Positions 22,990 through 35,277 of a stretch of DNA of 64,000 nucleotides are shown here, piece after piece. Position 1 is the first letter of the stretch, and each line of letters begins with the position of its first letter. The notes below the pieces were generated by a model. That model had not been told where the DNA came from. It did no database searches and worked only from the letters and a program-made list of their open reading frames with translations. The translations under genes were made by a program, and so were the position numbers. This DNA is from Scyliorhinus canicula (taxonomy: Eukaryota): NCBI RefSeq assembly GCF_902713615.1, contig NC_052163.1, forward strand, positions 123,665,144 through 123,729,143, read 5' to 3'.

Positions 22990-24287
22990 GGGGTGGTGGG
23001 GTAGTCGGGTAGTTGGGAGGCTGGTGGGGTAGGGGAGCTGGGAGGGTTGGGGGGTAGGGGAGTTGGGAGGCTGGTGGGTTAGGGGAGTTGGGAGGGTTGG
23101 GGGGTAGGGGAGTTGGGAGGGTGGGAGGTAGTGGAGTTGGGAGGGGGGTTGGGTAGGGAGTTGGGAGGGTGGGGGGGTAGGGGTGTTGGGAGGGGTGGGG
23201 TGGTAGGGGAGTTGTTGGGGAGTTGGAAGGGTGGGGGGTGGGGTAGGGGAGTTGGGAGGGTGGGGGGGTAGGGGAGTTGGGAGGTTGGGGGGTAGGGGTG
23301 TTGGGAGGGTGGGGGTGGGGTAGGGGAGTTGGGAGGGTGGGGGGGGTAGGGGAGTTGGGAGGGGGGTGGGTTAGGGGAGTTGGGAGGGTGGGGGTAGGGG
23401 AGTTGGGAGGTTGGGGGGTAGGGGTGTTGGGAGGGTGGGGGGTGGGGTAGGGGAGTTGGGAGGGTGGGGGGTAGGGGGAGTTGGGAGGGGGTGGGGTAGG
23501 GGAGTTGGGAGGGTGGGGTAGGGGAGTTGGGAGGGGGGTGGGGTAGGGGAGTTGGGAGGGGTGGGGGGGTAGGGGAGTTGGGAGGGTGGGGGGTGGGTAG
23601 GGGAGTTGGGAGGGTGGGGTGGTAGGGGAGTTGGGGAGGGGGGTGGGTAGGGGAGTTGGGAGGGGGGTGGGGTAGGGGAGTTGGGAGGGTGGGGTGGTAG
23701 GGGAGTTGGGAGGGGGGTGGGGTAGGGGAGTTGGGAGGGGGTGGGGTAGGGGAGTTGGGAGGGGGTGGGGTAGGGGAGTTGGGAGGGTGGGTGGTGTAGG
23801 GGAGTGGGCAGCTGTGGGGTGGTAGGGGAGTTGGGTAGGGTGGGGGGGGTAGGGGACTGTTGGGAGGGGGGGGGGGTAGGGGAGTTGGGAGGGGGGTGGT
23901 GTAGGGGAGTTGGGAGGGGGTGGGTGGGGTGTGTTGGGCGGGGGTGGGGGTGGGGGAGTTGGGAGGGGGTTTGGGTAGGGGAGTTGGGAGGGTGGGGGGG
24001 GTAGGGGTGTTGGGAGGGTGGGGTGGTAGGGGAGGTGGGAGGGGGGTGAGGTAGGGGGGTTGGGAATGTTGGGGGGTAGGGGAGTTGGGAGGGGGGGTGG
24101 GGTAGGGGAGTTGTAGGGGAGTTGGAGGGTGGGGTAGGGGAGTTGGGAGGGTGGGGGGTAGGGGAGTTGGGAGGGGGTGGGGTAGGGGAGTTGGGAGGTT
24201 GGGGGGGGGTTAGGGGAGTTGGGAGGGGGGTGGGGTAGGGGAGTTGTAGGGGAGTTGGGAGGGGGGGTGAGGTCGGGGAGTTGGGAA
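22990..24287. repeat. About 22-24-bp G-rich minisatellite with variable G runs
   Basis: Core GGGGTAGGGGAGTTGGGAGGG; + strand almost free of C. Confidence 0.95.
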
Positions 24288-24410
24288 GTCAGTAGTATAG
24301 TTACCCAAAGTTAGGGCTGGTTTCAATCCTAACTTTTCCTGGTAACTATTCTGCTAACTGGGTGGGAGTGATCCAAAGTCTCCGATTCCAACTCAGAATT
24401 TTAGAGGGTT

Positions 24411-25292
24411 CCAGACCCTGGGGGGATTACTGATTGGAGGCCAGACCCTGGGGGGATTACTGATTGGAGGCCAGACCCTTGGGGGGATTACTGATTGGAG
24501 GGCCAGACCCTTGGGGGGATTACTGATTGGAGGCCAGACCCTGGGGAGATTACTGATTGGAGGCCAGACCCTTGGAGAGATTACTGATTGGAGGCCAGAC
24601 CTTGGAGAGATTACTGATTGGAGGCCAGACCCTTGGAGAGATTACTGATTGGAGGCCAGACCCCTGGGGAGATTACTGATTGGAGGCCAGACCCTGGGGG
24701 GATTACTGATTGGAGGCCAGACCCTGGGGAGATTACTGATTGGAGGCCAGACCCTTGGAGAGATTACTGATTGGAGGCCAGACCCTTGGAGAGATTACTG
24801 ATTGGAGGCCAGACCCTGGAGAGATTTGATTGGAGGGCCAGACCTTGGAGAGATACTGATTGGAGGCCAGACCCTGGGGGATACTGATTGGAGGCAAGAC
24901 CTTGGAGAGATTACTGATTGGAGGCCAGACCCTTGCGGAGATTACTGATTGGAGGCCAGACCCTGGGGGGATTACTGATTGGAGGCCAGACCCTTGGAGA
25001 GATTACTGATTGGAGGCCAGACCCTTGCGGAGATTACTGATTGGAGGCCAGACCCTGGAGAGATTACTGATTGGAGGCCAGACCCTTGGGAGATTACTGA
25101 TTGGAGGCCAGACCCTTGGGGAGATTACTGATTGGAGGCCAGACCCTTGGGGTGATTACTGATTGGAGGCCAGACCCTTGGGGAGATTACTGATTGGAGG
25201 CCAGACCCTTGGGGAGATTACTGATTGGAGGCCAGACCCTGGGGAGATTACTGATTGGAGGCCAGACCCTTGGGGTGATTACTGATTGGAGG
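24411..25292. repeat. 28-29-bp minisatellite, about 30 copies
   Basis: Unit CCAGACCCT(T)GG(G/A)GAGATTACTGATTGGAGG, contiguous with no unique spacers. Confidence 0.97.
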
Positions 25293-25371
25293 TATAAACT
25301 TCCCGGGAACTTCCCGGGCACTTCCCGCGTAGCCAGTGCATCAGGCCTTTGGGGGTGGGGGGGGAGTTGTG

Positions 25372-25723
25372 GAATCAGCAGTCAGTGGATTCCGAGCAGC
25401 ATTGGCAGTTGTGTAAATTTGCACAGAGACAAATCTTGTTCATAGTTGCGTTGCTTCAGGCAAGAGAATGAGAAAAAAAAATCCAGTTTATTCAGCCGTG
25501 ACAGCCTCTGAGACGGTCAGTTAGACAGCTGGAAAGTGCTGTTTGGAAAGCCCACACTTCGTGCTCAGTGACAATCCCTGCTGGGACTTGCCTGCTGAAC
25601 TCGAACCCAGTGAGCATTCAATGTTTCTTGCAGCACAGAGTCACTTTGTGCTCGTGTATTCCCAATCATGCTGTTTGCTCTCTCTCCCTGGCAGGGCTGT
25701 ATTTTCCAGGTTATATTTCAGCA
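25372..25723. repeat. Non-coding block, copy B of a diverged direct duplication
   Basis: Aligns with 20081-20458. Confidence 0.85.
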
Positions 25724-26146
25724 CGGTGCAGTGGTTATTGAGGGATCCAATACTGCTCCACAGCTGTTGCCAAATTATTTGCCACCTCCTAAAGATGTAC
25801 ACACAGGAAGTAACAAAGCCTAAATCTGTTGGCATGTTTTTCTCCAACTGCCATCCATTATGGTGTCAATTAAATTGACACATTTCAGGGGATTTTAAGG
25901 ACTAACCAGTCACGTGCTGATACCCCGGACTGTTCTCTTCCCCCCCCCCCCCCCCCCCCCCCCCCATCCCTCCTCCCCCACTCCGGTTTCCCGGCGGTGT
26001 GGGGAAGCTTCAATGGGAAATCCAATTGACAAATGGAGGGAGTAGAGAATGCCGCCACCAGCGAACGGCGCGCCGATGGGAAACATGCGGCTGGGGGAAC
26101 CGGAGAATTTGAGACATTGAGGCACAAGATATGACATGGCACTCCT

Positions 26147-26370
26147 TTGTTTTATTTATTTGGAGTACCCAATTATTTTTTCCAATTAAGGGGCAATTTA
26201 GCGTGGTCAATCTACCTACCCTGCACATCTTTGGGTTGTGGGGGCGAAACCCACGCAGACACGGGGAGAATGTGCAAACGCCACACGGACAGTGACCCAG
26301 GGCAGGGATTCAAAATCGGGTCCTCAGCGCCGTAGGCAGCAATGCTAACCACTGTCCCACAGTGCTGCCC
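26147..26370 (-). mobile_element. Short V-SINE variant with A-rich tail
   Basis: Perfect 14-bp TSD GACATGGCACTCCT at 26133-26146 and 26371-26384. Confidence 0.93.
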
Positions 26371-26604
26371 GACATGGCACTCCTCAGGGAAATCTCCTCG
26401 CAGCCCTGGCAAATATTTATCCCTCAGGCAACGTCAATAACACATAGATTATCTGCCTTTGTGCTGGCAGTGGGAGCTTGCTATGTACAAACTGGTTCCT
26501 GTGTTAGCTGACATTACAGCAGTGACTAGGTTTCGATTGGCTGTGAATTGTTTCAGGGGAATGTCGAAGCTGTGAAAGTTCTTCTTACCCGTCTCTCCTT
26601 TATA

Positions 26605-26789
26605 GGGGCTGGTTTAGCACGGTGAGCTAAGCCAGCTGGCTGGTAGTGCAGAACAAGATTAGCAGCGTGGGTTCAATTCCCGTTCCAGCCTCCCTGAACA
26701 GGCGGCGGAATGTGGCGACTAGGGGTTTTTCACAGTAACTTCATTGAAGCCTACTTGTGACAATAAGCAATTGTTATTATGTTATTATT
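26605..26789 (+). mobile_element. tRNA-derived SINE (GGGGCTGGTTTAGC head, Rex1-like tail)
   Basis: A/B boxes; TTTTCACAGTAACTTCATTGAAGCCTACTTGTGACAATAA. Confidence 0.9.
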
Positions 26790-29091
26790 TCCTGGGTTGA
26801 GGGTCGGAGTCTGCAAAGAACCCAAAACATAGAGCTGAGATCCTTGGAATACTTGACACTGAGGATATATTGTAAAAGCCTATTTTCCCCAGAACACCAA
26901 GTGCACATCTTGGGGAGCTGAATCCATGCCGTGAAAACCTTTCTAAGAAATGAAAGACGGAAGATAAAGATCCACTGTAACTTCTTCTTCCACCTGTGAT
27001 GGAATAAGTGTCCTGGCTGAAAGGGAACAGTTTAACCAGCATCGTAACTGATTAATTAGTGGCTCCAAATCTTTTTTTCCTATTTCTCCAGATCCTTTAT
27101 CTTGTTTCTTACAAATGATATTATACAACTGAAAAATTCTGTTTTCTCTGACAAAAAATTAAGACCCTGTTAGAACAGTTGACGAGAGGTCAGAACTACT
27201 TCACTGGATGTGAAACACTTTTGAGATGACGTGAAACCATGCACAGTGCGATATAAATGCAAGCCCTTTCTTTTCCTCCATTGAAATGGAATAGAAAGCG
27301 GATTCTTCTGCTCTGAAGTTTAGGTTTAGTGGTGGGTGTGGATGTGAGTGATTAGTGTTGGTGGTGGTGGTGGTGGTGGTGGTGGGGGGGGGGGGGGGGG
27401 GGGGGGGAGAGCTGGGCATGCATGATCTTTTTCTGTTCAGCCATTACCTATGCATCGAGGACTGGACGATATATATAAAGAGCACCTGGACATCCTCCGT
27501 CGCTCTCCCCTCCCTCACCCCGTGACCTTAGCCTGCCTCCCAGGTTCAGCCTCCACGTCACCCTTCCAAACTAACCCCAATTCCAGTCTTCATGCAACTT
27601 CTGCTCCCGCACCCAATAGGAGTGAAGTGATGAGCGATTTCCAAGAAGACAAAAGAAGCATCTGCTGACCTCAAAGTCGTGGAAGAAGTGAAGCTCATCT
27701 GACTTAATTTGGTGGGGGTAGGGGGTTGGGGAGGGCTTAATTCTGGTAAGGGGTCCTGATCATGCCTGACATGTTCATGAATGCAAAAGGGCTCCCAACA
27801 TTGTTCAGCAGGAAGCTTGACCAGCCTTCGAATCCCAAGAACAGATTTACAACAGTTCATCCTGATGTCTGGTCACAAATATTTGGCCTCACGCCAACTT
27901 AATGCCCCCTGCCCATCATGCTGACGCAACCGGAAGATTCCATCCAGATAGAAATGCCACTTGAATGCAACAGGGTTTGAAACAACACGACTGACAACCA
28001 TCACCTTGTGAGTCTACAGCACAGAAACAAGGCCCTTCGGCCCACCTGGTCTTTGATAGCGTTTACTGTCCCACACAAGTCTCTTCCTCCAACACCCCAC
28101 CTTCTGCTCTTCATCCAACCCTATTAGCATAACCTTCTATTCCTTTCTCCCTCCTGTGCACATCCAGTCTTCCCTTAAAAGCCTCTATGTTGGCCATCTC
28201 GCCTATCATGGTCGCAAGTTCCACATTCTTACTTCTGCTTGGGTTTGGAAGTTTCTCCTGAATTCCCTAGTGAATTAATTAATCACTATCTTTTACATTT
28301 CTCTTCAATTGGAAACATTTCCACTATGTGCGTCCTTCTAAACACTTCCACTATCTCAAAGATTTCTATCAAGTCTCCTCAGCCTCCTTTTTCCCAAAGA
28401 TCCGCGTTCTGTTTAACCTTTCCTGATGGATGTAGCCTCCCTGACTGTGGTATCGACTGCGTAAATCTATGTTTTCAGCGTAATGACCGTAAATTGTAAG
28501 CGTTTTGCATTTTTCATGTGAAATTTTAAAATAATAATTAACACCACTGCAAGAAATATGCCTGTGAAGATTGCTAACATTGGACACACTGGGTACAAGC
28601 TCAGACCAATTTTGATTGTGTAGGTTTACCCCACTGTTCAATTGTCTAAATACCTCTGTCATGGAGGCAAAACGCCTTTCATGTTTCTTTATTGGTAAAG
28701 CACCACATGCCCCTTACAATTTATAACCGCTGTTCAAATCTACCCTGAGACATATTCCACGATAGAAAATTTGCTAAATGTTTTTCTCAGAGGATGGACA
28801 AACAGATTTGTGGACCAAGGTCTTAGTTTGGTGAGGTACCCATAGGTTGAGGGTAGTCTCAATTGCACTGACTTAGACTTTAGATCCTCCAGTCCCAGGC
28901 AAGTCAATGAGCAACAAGATTCCACCACCGACCCTGGCTCGTCGTAAACTCTTTCATTCCAGCCCAGGTTATGTCCTAGTCTTGTCCCACCAATGAAGAA
29001 ACAATTGCCATTGATGGAGTGATTAAAATTGGGGACATGCGGCAGGCTAAACATAAAGGAGCACTGAAACCTTGGAGGGCTGGGAAATGTT

Positions 29092-29397
29092 ACATACAGA
29101 ACAGAAGGAGGCCATTTGGCCCATCGAACCTGCACCGACCCACTTCCGCTCTCACTTCCACCCTATCCCCGTAACCCAATAACCCCTCCAAGACACTAAG
29201 AGCAATTTAGCGTGGCCAATCCGCCTAACCTGCATGTCTTTGGACTGTGGGAGGAAACCAGAGCACCCGGAGGAAACCCACGCAGACACGGGGAGAACGT
29301 GCAGACTCCGCACAGACAGTGACCCAGCCGGGAATCGAACCTGGGACCCTGATGCTGTGAAGCCACAGTGCTATCCACTTGTGCTACCGTGCTGCCC
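29092..29397 (-). mobile_element. HE1-like V-SINE
   Basis: Reverse complement similar to 5026-5378. Confidence 0.92.
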
Positions 29398-29399
29398 AG

Positions 29400-29800
29400 A
29401 GGCATGGAGCGATTTGAAAACCAGGATGAGGGTTTTAAAGTCCAAGAACGCATTGTCGAACCAAAAGCAGCCAGCCTAGGGGCGATGGGTGAATGGGTGT
29501 GGGTTAGCAGCAGAGTTTTTGGATGAGCTTAAATGCACAGAGGGTGTATAATGGAAGTCCTGGTCAGGATTGTGTTGGAGCCATCAAATCTGGAGGGAGT
29601 CAAGGGATGGATAAAGGGTTCAACATCGGAGTAGCTGAGGCAGGGGCTCAGTTGGCCGATGTTAAAGAATTGGAAACAGGTGGAGTTAATGATGGCGCAG
29701 ATGTAGTCACGTACGCACCTTGGAGCCAAATACATCAATACTGCAAACAGTCTGGTTCCTCTTCAGTCAGTTTCCAAAGAGAGGGATAGACTAGGGAATG
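29400..29800 (-). mobile_element. L2 LINE ORF2 fragment
   Basis: FFNIGQLSPCLSYSDVEPFIHPLTPSRFDGSNTIL resembles the L2 motif NIxxIRxxLxxxxAExLIHAFVxSRLDYCNxLL. Confidence 0.75.
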
Positions 29801-29850
29801 GAGTTTGTGACAGTATTACAATCCCAGACCAGACCCCAACAGCACACACA

Positions 29851-30178
29851 CAATTTACAGTGCAGAAGGAGGTCATTCGGCCCATCAAGTCTGCACCGGC
29901 TCTTGGAAAGAGGACCCTACCCACGGTCAACACCTCCACCCTATCCCCATAACCCAGTAACCCCACCCAACACTAAGGGCAATTTTGGACTCTAAGGGCA
30001 ATCCACCTAACCTGCACATCTTTGGACTGTGGGAGGAAACCGGAGCACCCGGAGAAAACCCACGCACACACGGGGAGGATGTGCAGACTCTGCACAGACA
30101 GTGACCCAAGCCGGAATCGAACCTGGGACCCTGGAGCTGTGAAGCATTTGTGCTATCCACAATGCTACCGTGCTGCCC
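29851..30178 (-). mobile_element. HE1-like V-SINE
   Basis: Highly similar to reverse complement of 5026-5378. Confidence 0.93.
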
Positions 30179-30831
30179 TTCAGTATACGAGACCAAAACA
30201 CCAATATTTTAGTTTATTTTAAGGTCGTGGGGAAAGAATTATTCGCTTCAGGAGTGATTGCGTGAAAAATAGGGTTTTGGTATTTCTGAAACAATATTTT
30301 ATTATGAATACAATATTCATTTTTTTTAACTTCACACCCGAAAAAGAACAGCTTACAATGAATGACCCCTTAACGCTAATACTCAATGTCCCATTAAACA
30401 CCAAGAAAGGGAACATGCAGCTCTCAATCCAGCTTAAAGGTCAGCAGGGCATCGAGTAATATTTGCAGTGCAGAACAGATTCTGGCTCTGGTTAGAACCC
30501 CTTCAGACTCTGGCTGAACATCTTCAAATAGCTGCTTCAACTGGGTTGTTTCAGCCTCTTCCTTGTCTTCAGACAAGACTGCTCTGCTTTTTAAACTATT
30601 ATTACTCTTTTTTTAAACTCTCCTACTGGGAAAGGAAACTGCCTTTATGTGCGGTCTAAAAAGGAGAAGGTTTGCCAGATCAGACTTCACTTCCAAACAC
30701 CTTTCTCCATAACTCTGACTCGTTAACAGCTTTCTCCAAAACTGCCTTTCTCCACAGCTTCTCAAAAGTCTTTCTGCCTTCCTCGGCTCCACCCAGTAAT
30801 TAACTCACCTCCCCAAACGAAAACACAAATG

Positions 30832-31420
30832 GGGCTGTATTGTCCGCACCCCAACACCGCAATCGGGTTCGGCGACGGGGCAGAGAATCTGTTTTCGCGC
30901 ACAAAATCGGGACTGGTGCCGTTTTCGCAATTCCCCCCCCCCCACCCCCCCGCCCCCCACCCAGCAAAAATCGGCATACTTGTGGAGTTTTCCGTGCCGA
31001 GTATCCACCGCCTCAGGCCATTGTCTGAGGCCAGCCCCGCGATTCTCTGCCCCGACAGAGTAAATTCCCGACGCCGTGGTTCTAACATGGTCCCACCGTC
31101 CGTGATCCTCGCGTGGCGCTGCAGACACAGCCTGAGACCACCACAGTCGGGGGAGGACCGATTGGAGGGCAGGGGATGCTTCATTCGGGACCGGGGGCTA
31201 TGTGTGCGGAAAGTCCGGGTCAGGCGAGCAGCCGACGCGGGGTACTATTTTGGCGGTCCAGATTCGCGGGCTGAGCCCGCCATGGATTCTGACCTGGAAG
31301 TGCGGGGGGCCGTATCGGCAGCTGGAGCTGCGAGCAGTCTGGCAGCTGCCTTCTAACCCCCTGCAAAACGGGAAATCTGTGGCCTTTCGACGCCAGTTTT
31401 CCTGGTTTTAACTCTTAAAT
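30832..31420. mobile_element. Harbinger-like MITE fragment
   Basis: GGGCTGTATTGTCC start; GGAGAATC/GATTCTC-like internal repeats; CpG-rich. Confidence 0.55.
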
Positions 31421-31897
31421 TCCCCAAAACTTACCTAATGTCTTTAGTCAGTACCCGGTTTTGGTCAAGCAATCTGACAATTTAGAGACAGTGGAGGGTT
31501 TGAGAACAGGGCTTGTGAGGCAGAGCTGAGTGTCACCTGTGTATTGACACATGACAGTATACAAATACACATACATTTGTATTTGGCCCTTCCATGGTTT
31601 TAATTTTTAATAGCAGCAATCATTATTAAACCTTAATTAAGGAACACCGCTCCATTACTATGTGACCTAACGAGGCTAACAAGGGAATCATGAGCCAATA
31701 CTTCTGTCAAACAGGTAAGAGCAGGTTGAGGGAGTGCTGGAGCTCTGTGGTGTGCAGCATGGACATCCCACTGTCTGAACCACAAAGATGTTCACAAGGC
31801 AAGTGTGGGAGAAAGCTGTGAATACCAAACCCTTTACTCTTTTGGTGGGAGAGAAAGAATGGTGTTCGTATAGCATCTTTCATGACCACCTAACACT

Positions 31898-32173
31898 GGG
31901 TGTCACGGTAGCACAGTGGTTAGCACCATTGCTTCACAGCGCCGGGATCCCGGCTCAATTCCGGCTTGGGTCACTGTCTGTACGGAGTCTGCACGTTATC
32001 TGGTTTCCTCCCACAAGTCCCGAAAGGTGTGCTTGTTAGGTGAATTGGACATTCTGAATTCTCCCTCAGTGTACCCGAACAGGTGCCGGAATGTGGCAAC
32101 TAGGGGATTTTCACAGTAACTTCATTGCAGTATTAATGTAAGCCTACTTGCGACAGTAATTATTATTATTATT
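31898..32173 (+). mobile_element. V-SINE with Rex1-like tail
   Basis: HE1-type head and V-domain, then TTTTCACAGTAACTTCATTGCAG..GCCTACTTGCGACA and (ATT)n. Confidence 0.88.
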
Positions 32174-32296
32174 AAAAGCACTTCATAGTCAATGAAATGC
32201 TTTTAAAATGCTACCACTGTTGTACTGTAGTAAGCACAGCCGCCAATTCACAGCATGCTCACAAACAAAAGCAATCTGAAAATGACCGGATATCCT

Positions 32297-33024
32297 GGGC
32301 GGGATTCTCCGATGGGTCGTAGAATCCCCGGGGGGGGGGGGGGGGGGGGGGCGGTGTGAATCCCGTTCCGCCGCTCCGATGCCTGCTGCCGTATTCTCCA
32401 CCGCCGTTTTTTGGGCGGGGATCACGTCACGCCGGAAACAGCCCCCCCCCCACCGGCAATTCTCCGGGCCCCGATGGGCCGAGCGGCCGTCAGTTTTTGG
32501 CCAGACCCGCCGGCGTGGATTAGACATGGTCCCACACGGCGGGACCTGGCTGGTAGGCCAGCTGATGGGGTCCCTGGAGGGGGGCCGGCCCCGGGGAGGG
32601 GGGTCCCCACGGTGGCCTGGCCTGTGATCGGGGCCCACTGATCTGCGGGCGGGCCTGCGTTGTGGGCGCAGTCCTTCCTTCCGCGCCGGCCACTGTCGGG
32701 CTCCGCCGTGGCCAGCGCGGAGAACACACCCCCTGCGCATGCACTAGAATACGCTGGCTGGTCTGCGAATGCACTAGAATACGCTGGCTGGTCTGCGCAT
32801 GCACTAGAATACGCTGGCTGGTCTGTGCTTGCACGGAACCACACCGGCGACTCTGCGCATGCGCTAACTCGCACCGGTTGGCGCGGCGCCAACCTCTCCA
32901 GCACCAGCGTAGTCTCTGGAAGTGCGGAGGATTCTACAACTTCCGGTCGGCCCGATGCCGGAGTGGTTCACGCCATTTTTACGCGGGCGTCAGGCCATCT
33001 CGGGGATTCGGGAGAATCCCGCTT
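32297..33024. mobile_element. PIF/Harbinger MITE inserted in a Deu SINE
   Basis: TIR GGGCGGGATTCTCC / GGAGAATCCCGCTT; 3-bp TSD CCT; internal 30-bp x3 repeat at 32733-32822; flanks rejoin to a Deu SINE (about 32175-33250). Confidence 0.88.
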
Positions 33025-33902
33025 CCTGTTTTTTGTGATGTTGATTGAGGAATTAGCCAGGACACGGAGGAAAACCTCCCTCCTTTTTTTCAAAGTAGCG
33101 CCACGTGTGCCTTTTATGACCACCTGAGAGGACAACATCTCACCGAATGCCGACACTCCGGCAGTGCAGCACACCCCCGGTGCTGCACTGGTGATCAGGT
33201 TTGGTATTTTGCTGCTGAAGTGCTGGAATGGGATTTGAACCCACGAAGGGGGCAGATTCTTTACTAATATTTATCCAGCTGATGAGAAAAAAAAGCAGTT
33301 GGAATCCAACCAAAAAAAGGTGAATGACATTTCTGGGGGTGACTGCATTGGAATTTTGTGCAAGGGTGCAGCTGTTGACCTCAGAAAATACAAAGCTGTT
33401 GCACGTCCCTGAGCAGAATATATTTGTGTCTTCCCTGGTCTTTCTTCATCAGCCGATGACAAGCACACAAACAGAGATGGATGAGTGCAGTAACAGAAAC
33501 TGACATCTGACAAAAGGTGCTACACATATTACCATTCCCACTGTGACGGGCCTCGATAGCTGAAGACAGAACTAGCTCGGTTCCTGAGCCATTGATTTCC
33601 ATGGGGGTTTTTCCCAATTGTCCACCATATCTTCGATGGATGATTCACAAAACTGGCATGAATGCTGGGGGCGACTTTGTGCCCTCATCCACCATCAGCG
33701 AGAATGGGGACCCAGGCGCAAAGTCTTGTGAGGGCCAGGAAACGAGATTCTCACTGGCCAGATCTTGTTTCTCCATTTTCCCCGACCCTCACCAGTGATG
33801 AAGTGGTTTCCACCTACAAAGGGTGGGACCTTCATTTAAATACATTTTAATGTGCGATGAGTGAAGAAATTGGTATATATATTGTATTATATAAATTTGT
33901 TT

Positions 33903-34242
33903 GGGGCAGCACGGTAGCATGGTGGTTAGCATAAATGCTTCACAGCTCCAGGGTCCCAGGTTTGATTCCCAGCTGGGTCACTGTCTGTGCGGAGTCTGCA
34001 CGTCCTCCCCGTGTCTGCGTGTGTTTCCTCCGGGTGCTCCGGTTTCCTCCCACAGTCCAAAGATGTGCGGGTTAGGTGGATTGGCCATGCTAAATTGCCC
34101 GTAGTGTCCTAAAAAGTAAGGTTAAAGGGGGGGTTGTTGGGTTACGGGTATCGGGTGGATACGTGGGTTTGAGTAGGGTGATCATTGCTCGGCACAACAT
34201 CGAGGGCCGAAGGGCCTGTTCTGTGCTGTACTGTTCTATGTT
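33903..34242 (+). mobile_element. HE1-like V-SINE with alternative CR1 tail
   Basis: Tail GAGGGCCGAAGGGCCTGTTCTGTGCTGTA resembles the CR1 3' end at 13059-13110. Confidence 0.92.
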
Positions 34243-34731
34243 GCAGTGACTATTTTAAATGCCTGGGTTAAGTTGTTCGTATATCTGCCGCAGTAATATT
34301 TTTTAAAAATCCTGGTTTAAAAGACAGACAGACTTTGTGGTTGCAGAAGGTGCAACTAAGATATCGTAATTGTGAGATCATCATTCTTTCAAATTATGCT
34401 TTACAAGGAGAGGCCGGTTGGTTTTTTTGTTATGATTTCTGGGGAGGTTCACAACAGCTTCACAAAGACAGGGAACAGTCAAGGGGTTCCTGCCAGGGTT
34501 GCCAAGTAGCCCCCATGGGGGAAAGGGGAGTGCCAGGACACTACTAAATTGTGCCTGGGATAGGCCCTCAGGATAGCCCATCTGGAGGGGGTTGGTTTCA
34601 AGAATGTGTGATGGGGGGGGGGGGGGGGGGAGAGCGCTGAGGCTTTTGAAGGAAGAAGCAGTGAAGGGGGGAGCAGCCATTGAGGGGGGAACTTTCACTG
34701 AGGGGCCAGCGGGCATGGGTGAGGTGCACAC

Positions 34732-34922
34732 ATGAATGAAAATGAAATGAAATGAAAATCGCTTATTGCCACAAGTAGGCTTCAAATGAAGTTACTGTGA
34801 AAAGCCCCTAGTCGCCACATTCCGGCGCCTGTTCGGGGAGGCTGATACGGGAATCGAACCATGCTGCTGGCCTGCCTTGGTCTGCTTTCAAAGCCAGCGA
34901 TTTAGCCCTGTGCTAAACAGCC
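34732..34922 (-). mobile_element. tRNA-derived SINE with Rex1-like tail
   Basis: Reverse complement of the 10561 family. Confidence 0.9.
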
Positions 34923-35277
34923 TCTTTTGTGGGGGGAGTGGCAGCAATACTGTTGCTGTGGTTGTTGTGGGATGGGGGAGCCCCCGATAAATGTGCGTTT
35001 GGAGGGAACAGCCTCCGATTCCTTCGTGGTGAGAGGGGGGAGGGGCTGAGGTAGTTTAAAGTCAGTTCTGATTTAAAGGTGGCACTTTGATCTCTGTAGT
35101 CAGGCCTTGCCCTGCCAGATTGACAGCAGAAACTATGTCCTCAGGATTTTCTTTTTTGACAGAGAGCCAACACATCTGATCTGAAAACTCAGCTATGCAT
35201 CTGGAGAGATCCCTGCCAGTTTTCAGTCAGGACAACCTGGGCCGCCCACCACCAATATCCCACCGCCCATCCTTGCC

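Noticed and set aside
21935-24287. Immunoglobulin switch region
   Set aside because: G-rich and RGYW-dense, but no Ig exons or RSS nearby and AGCT motifs are essentially absent.
24411-25292. CRISPR-like array of about 29-bp repeats
   Set aside because: Units are contiguous with no unique spacers, there are no cas genes, and the context is vertebrate.
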